A DNA stretch of 64,000 bases from the NCBI GenBank assembly GCA_963771075.1, contig CAVYSE010000008.1, positions 1-64,000 on the forward strand, written 5' to 3'. Source of the DNA: a candidate division FCPU426 bacterium. GTDB lineage: Bacteria > Oederibacteriota > Muellerivitia > Muellerivitales > Muellerivitaceae. The position numbers and the translations under genes were made by a program. Below the pieces are notes generated by a model, which did no database searches, was not told the DNA's origin, and saw nothing but the letters and a program-made list of their open reading frames with translations. This document shows positions 18,762 through 28,450 of the stretch, in pieces. The first letter of the stretch is position 1. Every line of letters starts with the position of its first letter.

Positions 18762-21500
18762 TTATTTATCGAAGAGAGTTTTTTCATACCCGTTGCTAAA
18801 CTCTTCCAAGCCAAGTTCTTCGTGTCGTAATTCGTCAAAGCCTTCAAAATCATTGATTGTTGCAATTTCAACAGCGGTAAAACCCTTTCTTTCCATCACT
18901 TTGTCCACAAGGAAAAAGGTTTGAACTCCACCTTCTTTTTCCAGTAGTTTTAAAGCTTTTTTTCGGTCATCGATTTGTTTAGCTTCAGCCAAATGTTTTC
19001 CTTTGACATCAACCACAACCCACTTTCCATTGAAATAGCCAAGAAAATCCGGATAAAAAGGGGCGGGCCTCACCTCGACCAAATATTCAATATTAGGTTC
19101 GTTTCTTATCCAGAAACTTTTCTTTTTTTTATCCAAAGAACATAAGCGTTCAAGTGCATCGGCGACCCATTTTTCGGGGGGTGAATCAAATTTAACATAT
19201 GGGCGGATGGAAAATTTATAACCCTCAACAATAATACCTTTTTGTTGTTGGTGTGACGTCATTTCTTGGTAGGAAGGAATCAAGTTTATTGATTTTCCGT
19301 CGATTTTTCGAACAGTAACTTCGCGATTTAGAAATAAGCTCTTAACATTTTTAACTTTAAAATTAAACTGGCTTTTGAACATTAATTCAAATGACTTTTT
19401 GCCATAAAAATCTATTATGCTTTTTTTTAATGCTCTGAGAGCCCGTTGGTAATCAATCCCATAAGCGGTATCAACCTGTATCCCGGAACCAATAATTTTT
19501 TCTATTAGTTTTTTTACAAGATCAAAAGAATTGTTTCCAACAAAGGAGCCGGTTTGTTCAATAAACTCCAAGGCCCACCTGGCCATTTCGCTCTTAGAAA
19601 GGTCTATTGTCCGACGCGTAGTGGCCGGTTTGTCTTTTTGTAATTCCACTTCGTCTCTTGTTATCTCTGCATAATCTATCATTGCCAAAACTTCTGGTTT
19701 CAAAACCTTTTCGCCCTTTGAAAGGCCACAAACCTCGTCGATAAAAACACTAACACTTACTGATTTATCCTTTAAAACATCTTCAAAACTAACGTTGGTT
19801 GAAACAGGTTTAATTTGTAAAATCGGAATTTCATAATCACCCATTAATTCAGGGTTAATATTATTAGGTCTTGTTTCTTCCTCCGTCGGAACTTCAATGT
19901 TCGATGGGGTTAAATCCAAATTTTTTCTAATCTCATCCACAATTTTGTCGAAACGCCTGCCCCTTTCACAAATAATATGCAAAATTTCGCTTTGCTCCTT
20001 TAAATCATTTGCCAAAATGTCAAATTCCCTTTTTTCTTTATAAAGTCGAAGACCCCTTCCGATTAGTTGAGCGGCGGCGAGACCGACCTTCTCGACGGTA
20101 TCTCCCAAAACAACAATCGTATAAAAATTATCGTAATCAACACCTTCCGAGAAAATACGAACCTGGTTAACAATTTCGGCTTTGTTATCATCAAGTGATT
20201 GATATTCCGCCCAAACCTCCTCCTCGCTTCTGTTTTCGCTGTGAATAGTAAAAACCGATTTGGCAACAGTTGATAACCTTTTAATTAAAACTGACTTATT
20301 TTTTCCAGCGGATTGGCGAATGATTTTTGCTATATCCGTACCTTCTCTATTCACTTGTTCCAACACATCATCTAATTCCTTTTTGACCGAATCCGGCCAA
20401 TTTTTTAGATAACTGTCTATTAATTCGGCGTGTTTAATTGATCTCGCCTTTGTTAATAACATTGCCTTTCTAACCGGAGCGTTAACAGATACTAAAGAAT
20501 CTCCCTTTAACAAGTGAATAAGCATACCCCAAACCAATTTTTGCTTGTCACTTTCAGTAACTTCATCAGAAATCTTTTCTTCGCTTGTTCCACACCCAAC
20601 AGCAAATATCCTTTTTCCGTATCCTTCGTTTATGTACCTCTGCATTGGGTATTTGTATAAATTATCTTGTCCCAAAATATCTTTACCGCCCTTTTCTATT
20701 GAAGTTGCGGTAAATTCAAGAACAACACTGGGCAAAAAGTCCAAAATTGCTTCTGCCGTCTTGGTTTGTTGGTAATGGTGAGCTTCATCCGAAATAATTA
20801 CAGGATGACGTTCCCGTAAAAAATCGACGAAAGAAATAGTATTATTGCCTGTTTTGTCCCGCCACAAGGAATCCTCTAAGGGCCGACGTACATATGGGAC
20901 ACCTCTCATTGAGTCCCCAAATTCTTTTTGGTTTAATGGAGAACTTTTGTCATAAAATTTCTGCATGTTAAATACATAAAAAGAAATGTCGCGATCTTCT
21001 TCATAGTTGCAAGTTTTGTCCCGGTAGGAATTACCAGTTACCATGTTATAAGTAACGTTCCAGCCATCTCCAAAAATGCTTTTAACAGTTCGGGGAGTAA
21101 AATTTTCGATCGTTTTATCAAATAAAATCGTATTAGGGGTCAAAATCAAAAAGTCTCTATGGCCCCGGTTCCACAAATCTAAAATTACAGCCCCCATTAA
21201 AAGTGTTTTCCCTGAACCGGTAGCCATTTCAAAACCGACTTTGTTCCACTGAACAATTTTCCCCTGGTCGTTTTTACCGGTTTGGGTTGTTTTTATTTTT
21301 AAACTCCGGCTATCAAAGCCATCTTTCCAAAAAAGCTGAAAAGCCGCCAAGGCCTCAACCTGGTATGGCCGCAAGTTGTGTTTAAGAAGGGTTTGAATCT
21401 TTTTATAATTTTCAATCTTTTTAGGGGAGGAAGAACCAACCACAATTTTGTACTGTTGATCTTGTTTGACTAAATCGTAAAAGGTTTTTTGTATTTTCAT
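18762..21500 (-). CDS. res: Type III restriction enzyme Res subunit
   Basis: EMATGSGKT, DEAHH, QLIGRGLR, C-terminal FYPDF...VDVKG; directly follows mod. Confidence 0.85.
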   Translation of the reverse strand: MKIQKTFYDLVKQDQQYKIVVGSSSPKKIENYKKIQTLLKHNLRPYQVEALAAFQLFWKDGFDSRSLKIKTTQTGKNDQGKIVQWNKVGFEMATGSGKTLLMGAVILDLWNRGHRDFLILTPNTILFDKTIENFTPRTVKSIFGDGWNVTYNMVTGNSYRDKTCNYEEDRDISFYVFNMQKFYDKSSPLNQKEFGDSMRGVPYVRRPLEDSLWRDKTGNNTISFVDFLRERHPVIISDEAHHYQQTKTAEAILDFLPSVVLEFTATSIEKGGKDILGQDNLYKYPMQRYINEGYGKRIFAVGCGTSEEKISDEVTESDKQKLVWGMLIHLLKGDSLVSVNAPVRKAMLLTKARSIKHAELIDSYLKNWPDSVKKELDDVLEQVNREGTDIAKIIRQSAGKNKSVLIKRLSTVAKSVFTIHSENRSEEEVWAEYQSLDDNKAEIVNQVRIFSEGVDYDNFYTIVVLGDTVEKVGLAAAQLIGRGLRLYKEKREFDILANDLKEQSEILHIICERGRRFDKIVDEIRKNLDLTPSNIEVPTEEETRPNNINPELMGDYEIPILQIKPVSTNVSFEDVLKDKSVSVSVFIDEVCGLSKGEKVLKPEVLAMIDYAEITRDEVELQKDKPATTRRTIDLSKSEMARWALEFIEQTGSFVGNNSFDLVKKLIEKIIGSGIQVDTAYGIDYQRALRALKKSIIDFYGKKSFELMFKSQFNFKVKNVKSLFLNREVTVRKIDGKSINLIPSYQEMTSHQQQKGIIVEGYKFSIRPYVKFDSPPEKWVADALERLCSLDKKKKSFWIRNEPNIEYLVEVRPAPFYPDFLGYFNGKWVVVDVKGKHLAEAKQIDDRKKALKLLEKEGGVQTFFLVDKVMERKGFTAVEIATINDFEGFDELRHEELGLEEFSNGYEKTLFDK

Positions 21501-21501
21501 T

Positions 21502-23262
21502 TTATATTAGGTTATATTCCCGCAAAATTGTTGCCGGTATTTTTTTTACCAAGATGCGATCATCCAGTAATGACGGCGGAACCGAAACCGAAACATTTGT
21601 AAAAATTGTTAGGTGTTTGAATTTATCCTTTTCTAATCCAACAATAACCTTTTCGTATAATTCATCTGTAAGGGTTTGAACCTGTCTTGTGGCAAAAGAA
21701 AGGGCAAAATGATAACGAGTTGACTGATGCCTCCCCAGGTGCATATTAAAATTCTCAAGCCACTCTGCTTTGATCGGGCGGTATTGAAAATGCAAAAAGA
21801 TTGCCTCGGCCATCTCCTCTGCCTTCAAAGACCAATTGATATCCTGTTCAAAAATCAAACTTTGCCCCAATTCATAATATTTAAACCCCCCTCCCCCTTT
21901 CCAACCAATTTCCTCCATTGTACTAATACCGGTTTTATCTGGTTTTGCGGAAGAAATTACCGTATTTAGTCTTTTTAAACAGTGGGTTTCCGCATGATTA
22001 CCAAATTCTATTCCAACCCACTTCCGGTTCATTTTGTGGGCTACGGCCGCGGTAGTTCCTGAACCCAAAAATGAATCCAAAACCACATCTTTTTCATTAC
22101 TAAAATATTTCATTAGTTTCATTATTAATGCTTCCGGTTTTTTGCCACTTTTTAATTCAACCCCGCCTTCATGACTACAATTACCAAACTCACCCGCCAT
22201 ATTCCAAAAGTTTTCAATCGATTTTTTCTTAAAGGTAGCCTTATCGTCGTTTAAAATTTTAGTAGGGACACCTTGAAAATATTTTCCTTTTGTTGCCCCT
22301 ATCCTAAGTGGGCCTGTAAAATATCTATAATCGTAATTGTCCTCGCCAATATCGTGGACTTTGTATATGGAACCTAAACCGTCTTCTTTTACACGGCCTG
22401 CTAAAAAATCCCTAAAAAACCTTCCAGAAGAATTAATGTCTAAAATTGTTCCAGAAGCCCATATTTCCTTTAAACCCTTTTCAGAGGGTTTTCCTTCTTT
22501 TATCGAATACGACCCTTTTTTAAATATCTCAACCTTTTTTCCTCCAAGTTCGATGGTCTTTTTAGGTGTACCATTTTCTCTGATATACCAATGAAATTTC
22601 TGAAAACTATATTTCAAACTTTCTTGGTTTACTTTACTTGAAGGTGAGTTTTTATAAATAAAAATTTGTTCAATCAGGTCGTGAAAAACTCTATCTTGTT
22701 TTAGAGTTTTCTTTGGATAAACTGTTTGGACGTAAATGACCCCAAAAAAGTTATCTCTTCCATACACTTCGTCCATCAAAACCTTTAAATAATGAGCTTC
22801 TACATCATCGATTTGGACACAAATTATTCCGTCTTTTCTTAATAACTTTTTAAGCAAGATGAGCCTATCTCTCATCATTGCCAACCACTCAGAGTGTTGC
22901 AAGTTATCGTCATATTTTTCGAAAGCGCTTCCCGTGTTATAAGGGGGGTCAATATAAATAAATTTGACCCTTTCCTTTTCAGGTTTGCCTTTGAATACTT
23001 CGATCAAACTTCTTAAAACCAATAAGTTATCCCCTTTGATAAGCATATTGGTGCTTGTTTCGTCCCCGTAAGCCTTGATGAATTTTAAGATACGAGGTTC
23101 TGCAATACGGATGTCGTTTTTAGGTACCCATACTGGGCGTACACCTTTACCCTCTTTTTCATCAATTTCGTAATAAAGAGAGTAACCTTTATTTATCCAA
23201 TCAAGCCGAAGGGATCCTTTGTACAATTTACCTTTGTTAATATTTGATTCTTTTAAAACCAT
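21502..23262 (-). CDS. mod: Type III Mod DNA methyltransferase
   Basis: IYIDPPYNTG, KKPEAL, VLDSFLGSGTT. Confidence 0.92.
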   Translation of the reverse strand: MVLKESNINKGKLYKGSLRLDWINKGYSLYYEIDEKEGKGVRPVWVPKNDIRIAEPRILKFIKAYGDETSTNMLIKGDNLLVLRSLIEVFKGKPEKERVKFIYIDPPYNTGSAFEKYDDNLQHSEWLAMMRDRLILLKKLLRKDGIICVQIDDVEAHYLKVLMDEVYGRDNFFGVIYVQTVYPKKTLKQDRVFHDLIEQIFIYKNSPSSKVNQESLKYSFQKFHWYIRENGTPKKTIELGGKKVEIFKKGSYSIKEGKPSEKGLKEIWASGTILDINSSGRFFRDFLAGRVKEDGLGSIYKVHDIGEDNYDYRYFTGPLRIGATKGKYFQGVPTKILNDDKATFKKKSIENFWNMAGEFGNCSHEGGVELKSGKKPEALIMKLMKYFSNEKDVVLDSFLGSGTTAAVAHKMNRKWVGIEFGNHAETHCLKRLNTVISSAKPDKTGISTMEEIGWKGGGGFKYYELGQSLIFEQDINWSLKAEEMAEAIFLHFQYRPIKAEWLENFNMHLGRHQSTRYHFALSFATRQVQTLTDELYEKVIVGLEKDKFKHLTIFTNVSVSVPPSLLDDRILVKKIPATILREYNLI

Positions 23263-23330
23263 TTCTGGTTTCCTTCTCGCTCAATTTTCAAAAAAACTCC
23301 TCAAAGTGAAATTTAAGATTTTTGTTAAAA

Positions 23331-24182
23331 TTACTCATTAATTCTTTCCAATTGAATCTCTTTTAAAGTACGACCGTTTTGGTCTTTCCAATCGACTCGA
23401 CCATTGGCGGTTCTTCCTTGAATCACCCCTGCTGCGGTGGAAGGGGAATCAAAGGTATAATTTTGGGTCAAAACATAATGGTTACCATCCGGAAAAAAAA
23501 TCTTCTGATCTAATAATTTGGACCGAAGAACGGACATATAACGGTGGATAGAATCGACTTCATCTTTAACTGCTTGGGAGCCTTTTAGCACAACAAAACC
23601 TTCTGAGGATTCATAACCTCTAGCTTCAATCCCTTTTGCTTTTATAAAAAGGGTGCTTTTAGTGGCGATTATATCCGCAGGTTTTTCAAAAACATTAAGG
23701 CCAATAACTGGAAAACAAAGAAGCATTTCTTCTAAGAAAGCGTTCATTTCTATTAACTTGGATTCGGAATGGGTGGGCAATTCAGGACTATTCGCGTTTT
23801 CTAAGACACATCTTTTCGCTTCTTTTGCCAATTGAACCAATCTAGCTTCAAGAAATTGAATCGCGGTTTTATCCAAAGTATCGGCTTTACTGGTAAATAA
23901 AAATAATTTGTCCCAAAAATCCTTTTTCACAAAATGTTGTTCTAGTCTTTGTTTAACGGGATCGCCTTCCCCAATATAAATGGTCGTTTCGTCCTCATTT
24001 TTTCCTAATAAAACGTAAACGCCGGGTTTGGAAAATTCGTCTCTTTTATTTTTTATATCCGGAAACACAGATTTCGGGCAAACAATTCCGTTTCCAATCC
24101 AACCAGACTTTTCAATTGAACGAAACCCGTTAGGGTCTCCGTGTAAAAGGTTAATTGTTATTGTGAAAGGTCTATTGGCCAT
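23331..24182 (-). CDS. GIY-YIG nuclease with DUF4357
   Basis: GVYVLLG...IYIGEG; FDSPSTAAG...NGRVDWK. Confidence 0.88.
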   Translation of the reverse strand: MANRPFTITINLLHGDPNGFRSIEKSGWIGNGIVCPKSVFPDIKNKRDEFSKPGVYVLLGKNEDETTIYIGEGDPVKQRLEQHFVKKDFWDKLFLFTSKADTLDKTAIQFLEARLVQLAKEAKRCVLENANSPELPTHSESKLIEMNAFLEEMLLCFPVIGLNVFEKPADIIATKSTLFIKAKGIEARGYESSEGFVVLKGSQAVKDEVDSIHRYMSVLRSKLLDQKIFFPDGNHYVLTQNYTFDSPSTAAGVIQGRTANGRVDWKDQNGRTLKEIQLERINE

Positions 24183-24193
24183 ATGGTTGTTCC

Positions 24194-25267
24194 TTATTTC
24201 AAAATCTCATTTAGAACAAACGCCAACCGAATACCAGCCTTCTCAAGCTGTTGGTCAACGATAGGCCGCATTTTATCAAAGTATTCGCTTGGTAAGGGGT
24301 TATCGGTGTAATCCTGGGTCCCTGGGTCCATTCCTTTGTAAACCTTAGTCTTGGCGATCATGTAGCTCTCAAAGGCCCAATTTTTCTCATTTCCTCCAAC
24401 CCAAGCCTTCTTTTCACCGGCGGTAATTTTTCCCTCGAGCTCCGTGGCCAGTTGGCGGGGGTCTTCCCCGGTCTTGGGTTCGATTAGATGGTCCCAAAGG
24501 GCGTGTAGTTTGATTTTAGCCCCGTGGCCAGGCTTCCCTGGGTCTTTGAATCGAACCAGCTTTTCGTTGCCCCCGCGGTCGTTATCGTCCGCGCAATGAA
24601 GGGGCTGGTGAAGGTCGCCCATGAAATGAACGATGAATTTAAGGGCCTCTAAACGCTTTGATTTGGGCTTGGACGCGTCCCCGAGGATCCCCTGGAAGAT
24701 TTGGAGCTGGTTTAGGACGCAATCATTATTGGGGCAATATTCCTGCTCGTCTTTTAGGGTTAGGTCTTTCCGGATCGGAAGGTCGATGAAATGCCAGGGT
24801 GCGGTTTCCGGGCGACCAAACTGTCTAACCTGGTCGGCCCAATTGGAAATAGAGGCCAGGTCGTCCCCCTGGTCTAGGAGGGTGGCGATTTTTGCCTTGG
24901 CGGCCGCGGCGAGGTTGTCCTGGGCGATATAGGCGACGGTTTCGTGGCCGACGGGTCCCCAGGCGGAGGCCGGCAATGTCCCAAAAAGATTTAAACAAAG
25001 TACGGCAAAAAGCATCCCGAAAGCCCTCAAGCTTTCGAAGGATTGTGCGAAATTCCTAAAGGTCAAAGGGGGTTTGTTTGACCTGATAAATGGAATTTTG
25101 CAAAAAAGGAGGGGTATCAGGCCCAGCGAATTGATAATCTTCGCGGCCTTCGACGAGGCTTCAAGCCGAGGAGAAAGCTTTGGGGGTGCCAATACCGGGG
25201 GTATCGGTATACCGGAGAGGTGTGACTTCGTCGAAATTAGGGGCCATAGCGTGAAAAATATTTTCAT
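24194..25267 (-). CDS. S1/P1 nuclease with an extended leader (leader copy 2)
   Basis: A|WGPVGH, WAD, WHFID, HFMGDLHQPLH, DRGGN, LHALWD. Confidence 0.92.
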   Translation of the reverse strand: MKIFFTLWPLISTKSHLSGIPIPPVLAPPKLSPRLEASSKAAKIINSLGLIPLLFCKIPFIRSNKPPLTFRNFAQSFESLRAFGMLFAVLCLNLFGTLPASAWGPVGHETVAYIAQDNLAAAAKAKIATLLDQGDDLASISNWADQVRQFGRPETAPWHFIDLPIRKDLTLKDEQEYCPNNDCVLNQLQIFQGILGDASKPKSKRLEALKFIVHFMGDLHQPLHCADDNDRGGNEKLVRFKDPGKPGHGAKIKLHALWDHLIEPKTGEDPRQLATELEGKITAGEKKAWVGGNEKNWAFESYMIAKTKVYKGMDPGTQDYTDNPLPSEYFDKMRPIVDQQLEKAGIRLAFVLNEILK

Positions 25268-25300
25268 TTTTTGTACTCAATTCCTACTTCTTTTTAAAAA

Positions 25301-25909
25301 TCAATTATTAGGCGTTTGATGAGGTTTAATTCTGGTCCTGGCCCGGTCCGCTCTCGGAGGCTGATTGTGTTTGCGGGAGTTCAGCGCCCACCCGATTCCT
25401 GTCTTATAATACCGCCACAGCCAGTGCTGGATGAGACCGCCTCTCCTCCCTAGCTTTTTTGCCACATCATTAGTTTTCATCCCTTCCGCCAGGCAGGCAA
25501 GCGCCTGCAACTTTTCCCTCACCCACGGTCGTTCCTCTTTTGCCAAAAAGGACTTAATCTCCTGCAAGTTCATATTCCGCACAAGGCGAGGATGGAAAAA
25601 TCCCTTGTCTGTCCAATTCTTTGATAGCGCATTGAGAGGGACCTTTCGTTCAAGGATCCTCGTTATTGAAGAAAAGGAACCGGCAAGAAATACCGAGAGT
25701 TTCAATAGCACGTGAACAGATTGGACTCCTTCTTGCTCCCATCGTCCCCATTCCTCAAGCGTGCATCCACAATTGTCGGCAGCTTGTTCTTGGGTAAGGT
25801 TCTTTTCCAAGCGGAGTTCCCTGATTACTTCCCCGGTTTTTCGCTGAACATCTTTCCGTGTGAGCTTTACCCTCGCGGTGAGCGATTTTTGGGAGTCGAA
25901 TCCTTTCAT
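25301..25909 (-). CDS. XRE HTH plus second HTH DNA-binding protein
   Basis: IRELRLEKNLTQEQAAD; EGMKTNDVAKKLG...IQHWLWRY. Confidence 0.7.
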   Translation of the reverse strand: MKGFDSQKSLTARVKLTRKDVQRKTGEVIRELRLEKNLTQEQAADNCGCTLEEWGRWEQEGVQSVHVLLKLSVFLAGSFSSITRILERKVPLNALSKNWTDKGFFHPRLVRNMNLQEIKSFLAKEERPWVREKLQALACLAEGMKTNDVAKKLGRRGGLIQHWLWRYYKTGIGWALNSRKHNQPPRADRARTRIKPHQTPNN

Positions 25910-26229
25910 TTTTCATACTCAATTCTCAACTCTTGAAAGTAATCTAAAATCCGCCGTTTGATGAGGTTGAGTTCAACGACCTTCAGTTCCCTGCCCAAAA
26001 GGCCGACGATTTCCAGCTTGGCGTCCCGGAAGACCATATTGAAAGCTAGTTCAAACCATTCGGTTTGTTCTGCGGGGGTAAGGTCTTGGTATGGTTTGTG
26101 GAGACGTTTGGGCCAAGGATAATCCATGAGCAGTTCCGGGCCCAAAAAGCCATTCATGAAATTCGCCACACGGAGGGCGGCGGGATTTTTATTGCTGTGG
26201 GGGTTATAAGAACCAGGGGTTTCAGACAT
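25906..26229 (-). CDS. Hypothetical protein, paralog of 46447-46797
   Basis: FMNGFLGPELLMDYPWPKRLHKPY shared almost identically. Confidence 0.7.
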   Translation of the reverse strand: MSETPGSYNPHSNKNPAALRVANFMNGFLGPELLMDYPWPKRLHKPYQDLTPAEQTEWFELAFNMVFRDAKLEIVGLLGRELKVVELNLIKRRILDYFQELRIEYEK

Positions 26230-26244
26230 GAATATCTCTCCTCA

Positions 26245-26619
26245 TTAAATCCGCCGTCCGAAAAAGGCCGTTAAGGATGCCCATGAAGCGACCAGGGCAA
26301 AGAGCCAAAACCAAAACGGATGAGGTAAGGTCGTAAAGACCGATACGGTCCCTGACGAAATGAACCGGCCCAAGACCGAGAAGATGTGGTAGGTGATAAT
26401 CAGCCTATAGGCCGAAAAGACCAAAAGCACGGCCAAGGCGATCCCGAATAGTATCCTGACGAAATTCATTCCCGCCAATTTTGCGAAATGGAAAAACCTT
26501 TCGAGGTGTTCGTTGTTCATAAGGGCCGACCTTTCAGTCGGTGGTTCCTCCGAAACGATCCTGCTGTCTGTGTTTTCCATAATCCAATCCTTCCTCAATA
26601 GTCGATCACTTCTTCCCAC
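26245..26619 (-). CDS. Hypothetical membrane protein
   Basis: Hydrophobic segments; operon position. Confidence 0.5.
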   Translation of the reverse strand: MGRSDRLLRKDWIMENTDSRIVSEEPPTERSALMNNEHLERFFHFAKLAGMNFVRILFGIALAVLLVFSAYRLIITYHIFSVLGRFISSGTVSVFTTLPHPFWFWLFALVASWASLTAFFGRRI

Positions 26620-26873
26620 CGGCTCACTTTAGACGCGGGTTCCGCCTCGTGAAAGCCGAGGCCGTTGCACCTGGGGCAATCGGCCCCGCCGGGCAAGACA
26701 CCTCTGCCCCCGCACGGCTTACAGCTTTCCAACCATATCGGCTGTTTCCCGCTTCCGTTGCAATCCCCACAAGGGAATTTTCCGGAATAAAATATGCCTT
26801 CCAGCCAAAAACCCGGCTCCCCCGGCTCGTCGCCGGTCCCCCCGCATTTTTCGCAGTCGACTTCGCCTCTCAT
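26595..26873 (-). CDS. DnaJ-type zinc-finger protein
   Basis: Four CxxCxGxG repeats. Confidence 0.8.
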   Translation of the reverse strand: MRGEVDCEKCGGTGDEPGEPGFWLEGIFYSGKFPCGDCNGSGKQPIWLESCKPCGGRGVLPGGADCPRCNGLGFHEAEPASKVSRWEEVIDY

Positions 26874-26984
26874 TGTGCCGTCCTAGATGGCATTTTAGGT
26901 CCATCCAAAAAAATCCTGAACAAAAAGACATAAAATTTTATGCCGGGATATTGCCCCGCCGGCCAGGCCGGCGGGGCGAAAATC

Positions 26985-27353
26985 CTAATACTCGTTGGGG
27001 ACCATCAGGACAGGTTTACACTCCTGCATAGCGACGTAAAACTTCCAGGTTCCCTCCGGGAAATCCGTGAATTCGATCTCCTGCCGCACAATTTCTGGCC
27101 GGTCGTCGTCCTCCTTCATCGTAAGGATCGCCTTGGAGGCTTTGACTTCAAGCGTCCAAAACTGGATTTCCTCCTTCCGGGCATAACTGAAAATGGCGTC
27201 GATCAGCCAATAGGCCCCGGCAATCTCCGCCACGGCCTGGACCCCTTCCGTGTAAATTCCTCCCGTAATGTGCTTGAAGTAACTCACGCTACCCGTGCTC
27301 ATGGCGAAAACCTCCTCTATCCTCAACTTCTTTACGGCTTCTTCCCTGTCCAT
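26985..27353 (-). CDS. DUF6876-like protein
   Basis: TGS..Y...YTEGV..VAE..GAYWLIDAI...QFW.L...Q.IEFTDFP...LMVPNEY; AAGGAG RBS. Confidence 0.8.
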   Translation of the reverse strand: MDREEAVKKLRIEEVFAMSTGSVSYFKHITGGIYTEGVQAVAEIAGAYWLIDAIFSYARKEEIQFWTLEVKASKAILTMKEDDDRPEIVRQEIEFTDFPEGTWKFYVAMQECKPVLMVPNEY

Positions 27354-27632
27354 AGATGCTCCTTATCTTTATTTGGGAGGGGCCCCCTCCGGGGGGCGGC
27401 CCTCAAAGAATCTGGGCCGCAACACGGAGGCGAGAGAGGGTTGGTGGGTGGAGATTGAGCCGTGCGAAAGAAGCACCTAGCCAACCCCAGCAAACCGCTT
27501 CGGGCAAAGTGCCGAAGGGCGGACGCCGCGGCGGACGCATCTAGGCATTTAGCGGCCCTTGCCCCTGGGCCAGACGGTATTTGGCGGCCCAGGGGTGCGA
27601 TCTATCAGGCCAGCGGCACGATGAGGTTTGCG

Positions 27633-27669
27633 GTTGCACACCATCCTTTTTGGGAGGGCCATGTGCAGG
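27633..27669 (+). repeat. 37-bp CRISPR-like repeat, copy 2
   Basis: Exact copy. Confidence 0.97.
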
Positions 27670-27973
27670 GAGGAAGTCGCTCCCCGAGGCCCTGATCAAA
27701 ACCGCCGTCACAGACGGTAATGCTCCCGGTGACAGGAGCGTGACTACCAAGGTCCCGACTGCCGACCCTTCCAGTACGTTCATTGCCGGAAAGAAGAAAC
27801 CCAATAAGAAATACGCCATGGGTGTTATGCCCGATACGGCTGGCGTTACCGGGGGTAAAGGGATAATGTCCCCAACGGCAGGGACCGGGTCGGCATCGAT
27901 GTCCGACGCCGGTGGGTCGGGTAAGGCGGTTTCAGTTAGCCCCAGTTACCGCCAACAAAACCAGATGCCTTAA
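27670..27973 (+). pseudogene. 3' fragment of an unknown, probably phage, gene
   Basis: Open frame from the repeat edge to a stop that overlaps the next gene's AAGGAG RBS; no start of its own. Confidence 0.5.
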
Positions 27974-27981
27974 GGAGATAT

Positions 27982-28167
27982 ATGACACTCTTATCCTCTG
28001 ACTCGCGGGTTAAGGCGTATCCGGCCCTGGCACGGGAAATTTGGGTCAAATCCGCCAACAGTTTCTTGGCCTCAAATCCGAGCAATGAGCCGGACGCCGT
28101 AAAGGTCGGCTGGTCGGCGGTTCGTGCCGCCGGTTATATCAAGGACCAGCACAGGTGGAATTACGTT
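27982..28167 (+). pseudogene. ChaB-like domain ORF running into repeat copy 3
   Basis: YPALAREIWVKSANS...AVKVGWSAVRAAGYIK...W matches the ChaB pattern. Confidence 0.65.
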
Positions 28168-28204
28168 GTTGCACACCATCCTTTTTGGGAGGGCCATGTG
28201 CAGG
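28168..28204 (+). repeat. 37-bp CRISPR-like repeat, copy 3
   Basis: Exact copy. Confidence 0.97.
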
Positions 28205-28450
28205 GATTCCCAAACCCAACATTCATTTGCGTTGGGGAGGGGACCGCCAATGGAGGGGGAAGCCCCCGTGGGGCTGGCGGTGGGTGGGCCAGGGGGAAGT
28301 AAAGAATAACAAGCCGAAAGGCTTGTTACAGATCGCCTTAAAGGGATGGATCCGGAAGGGAAATTCCCTTTCCGAAAAACAGCCCAGGCCATAGGCCGAG
28401 CCACTTTACTTTAAAAATTTTTTTAATCCAGGACCTAAATTTCATTTAAG

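Noticed and set aside
27462..28404. Short ORFs containing VAHHPFWEGHVQG, PAHGPPKKDGVQ or MALPKRMVCN as a protein family
   Set aside because: These peptides are translations of the 37-bp repeat in different frames.
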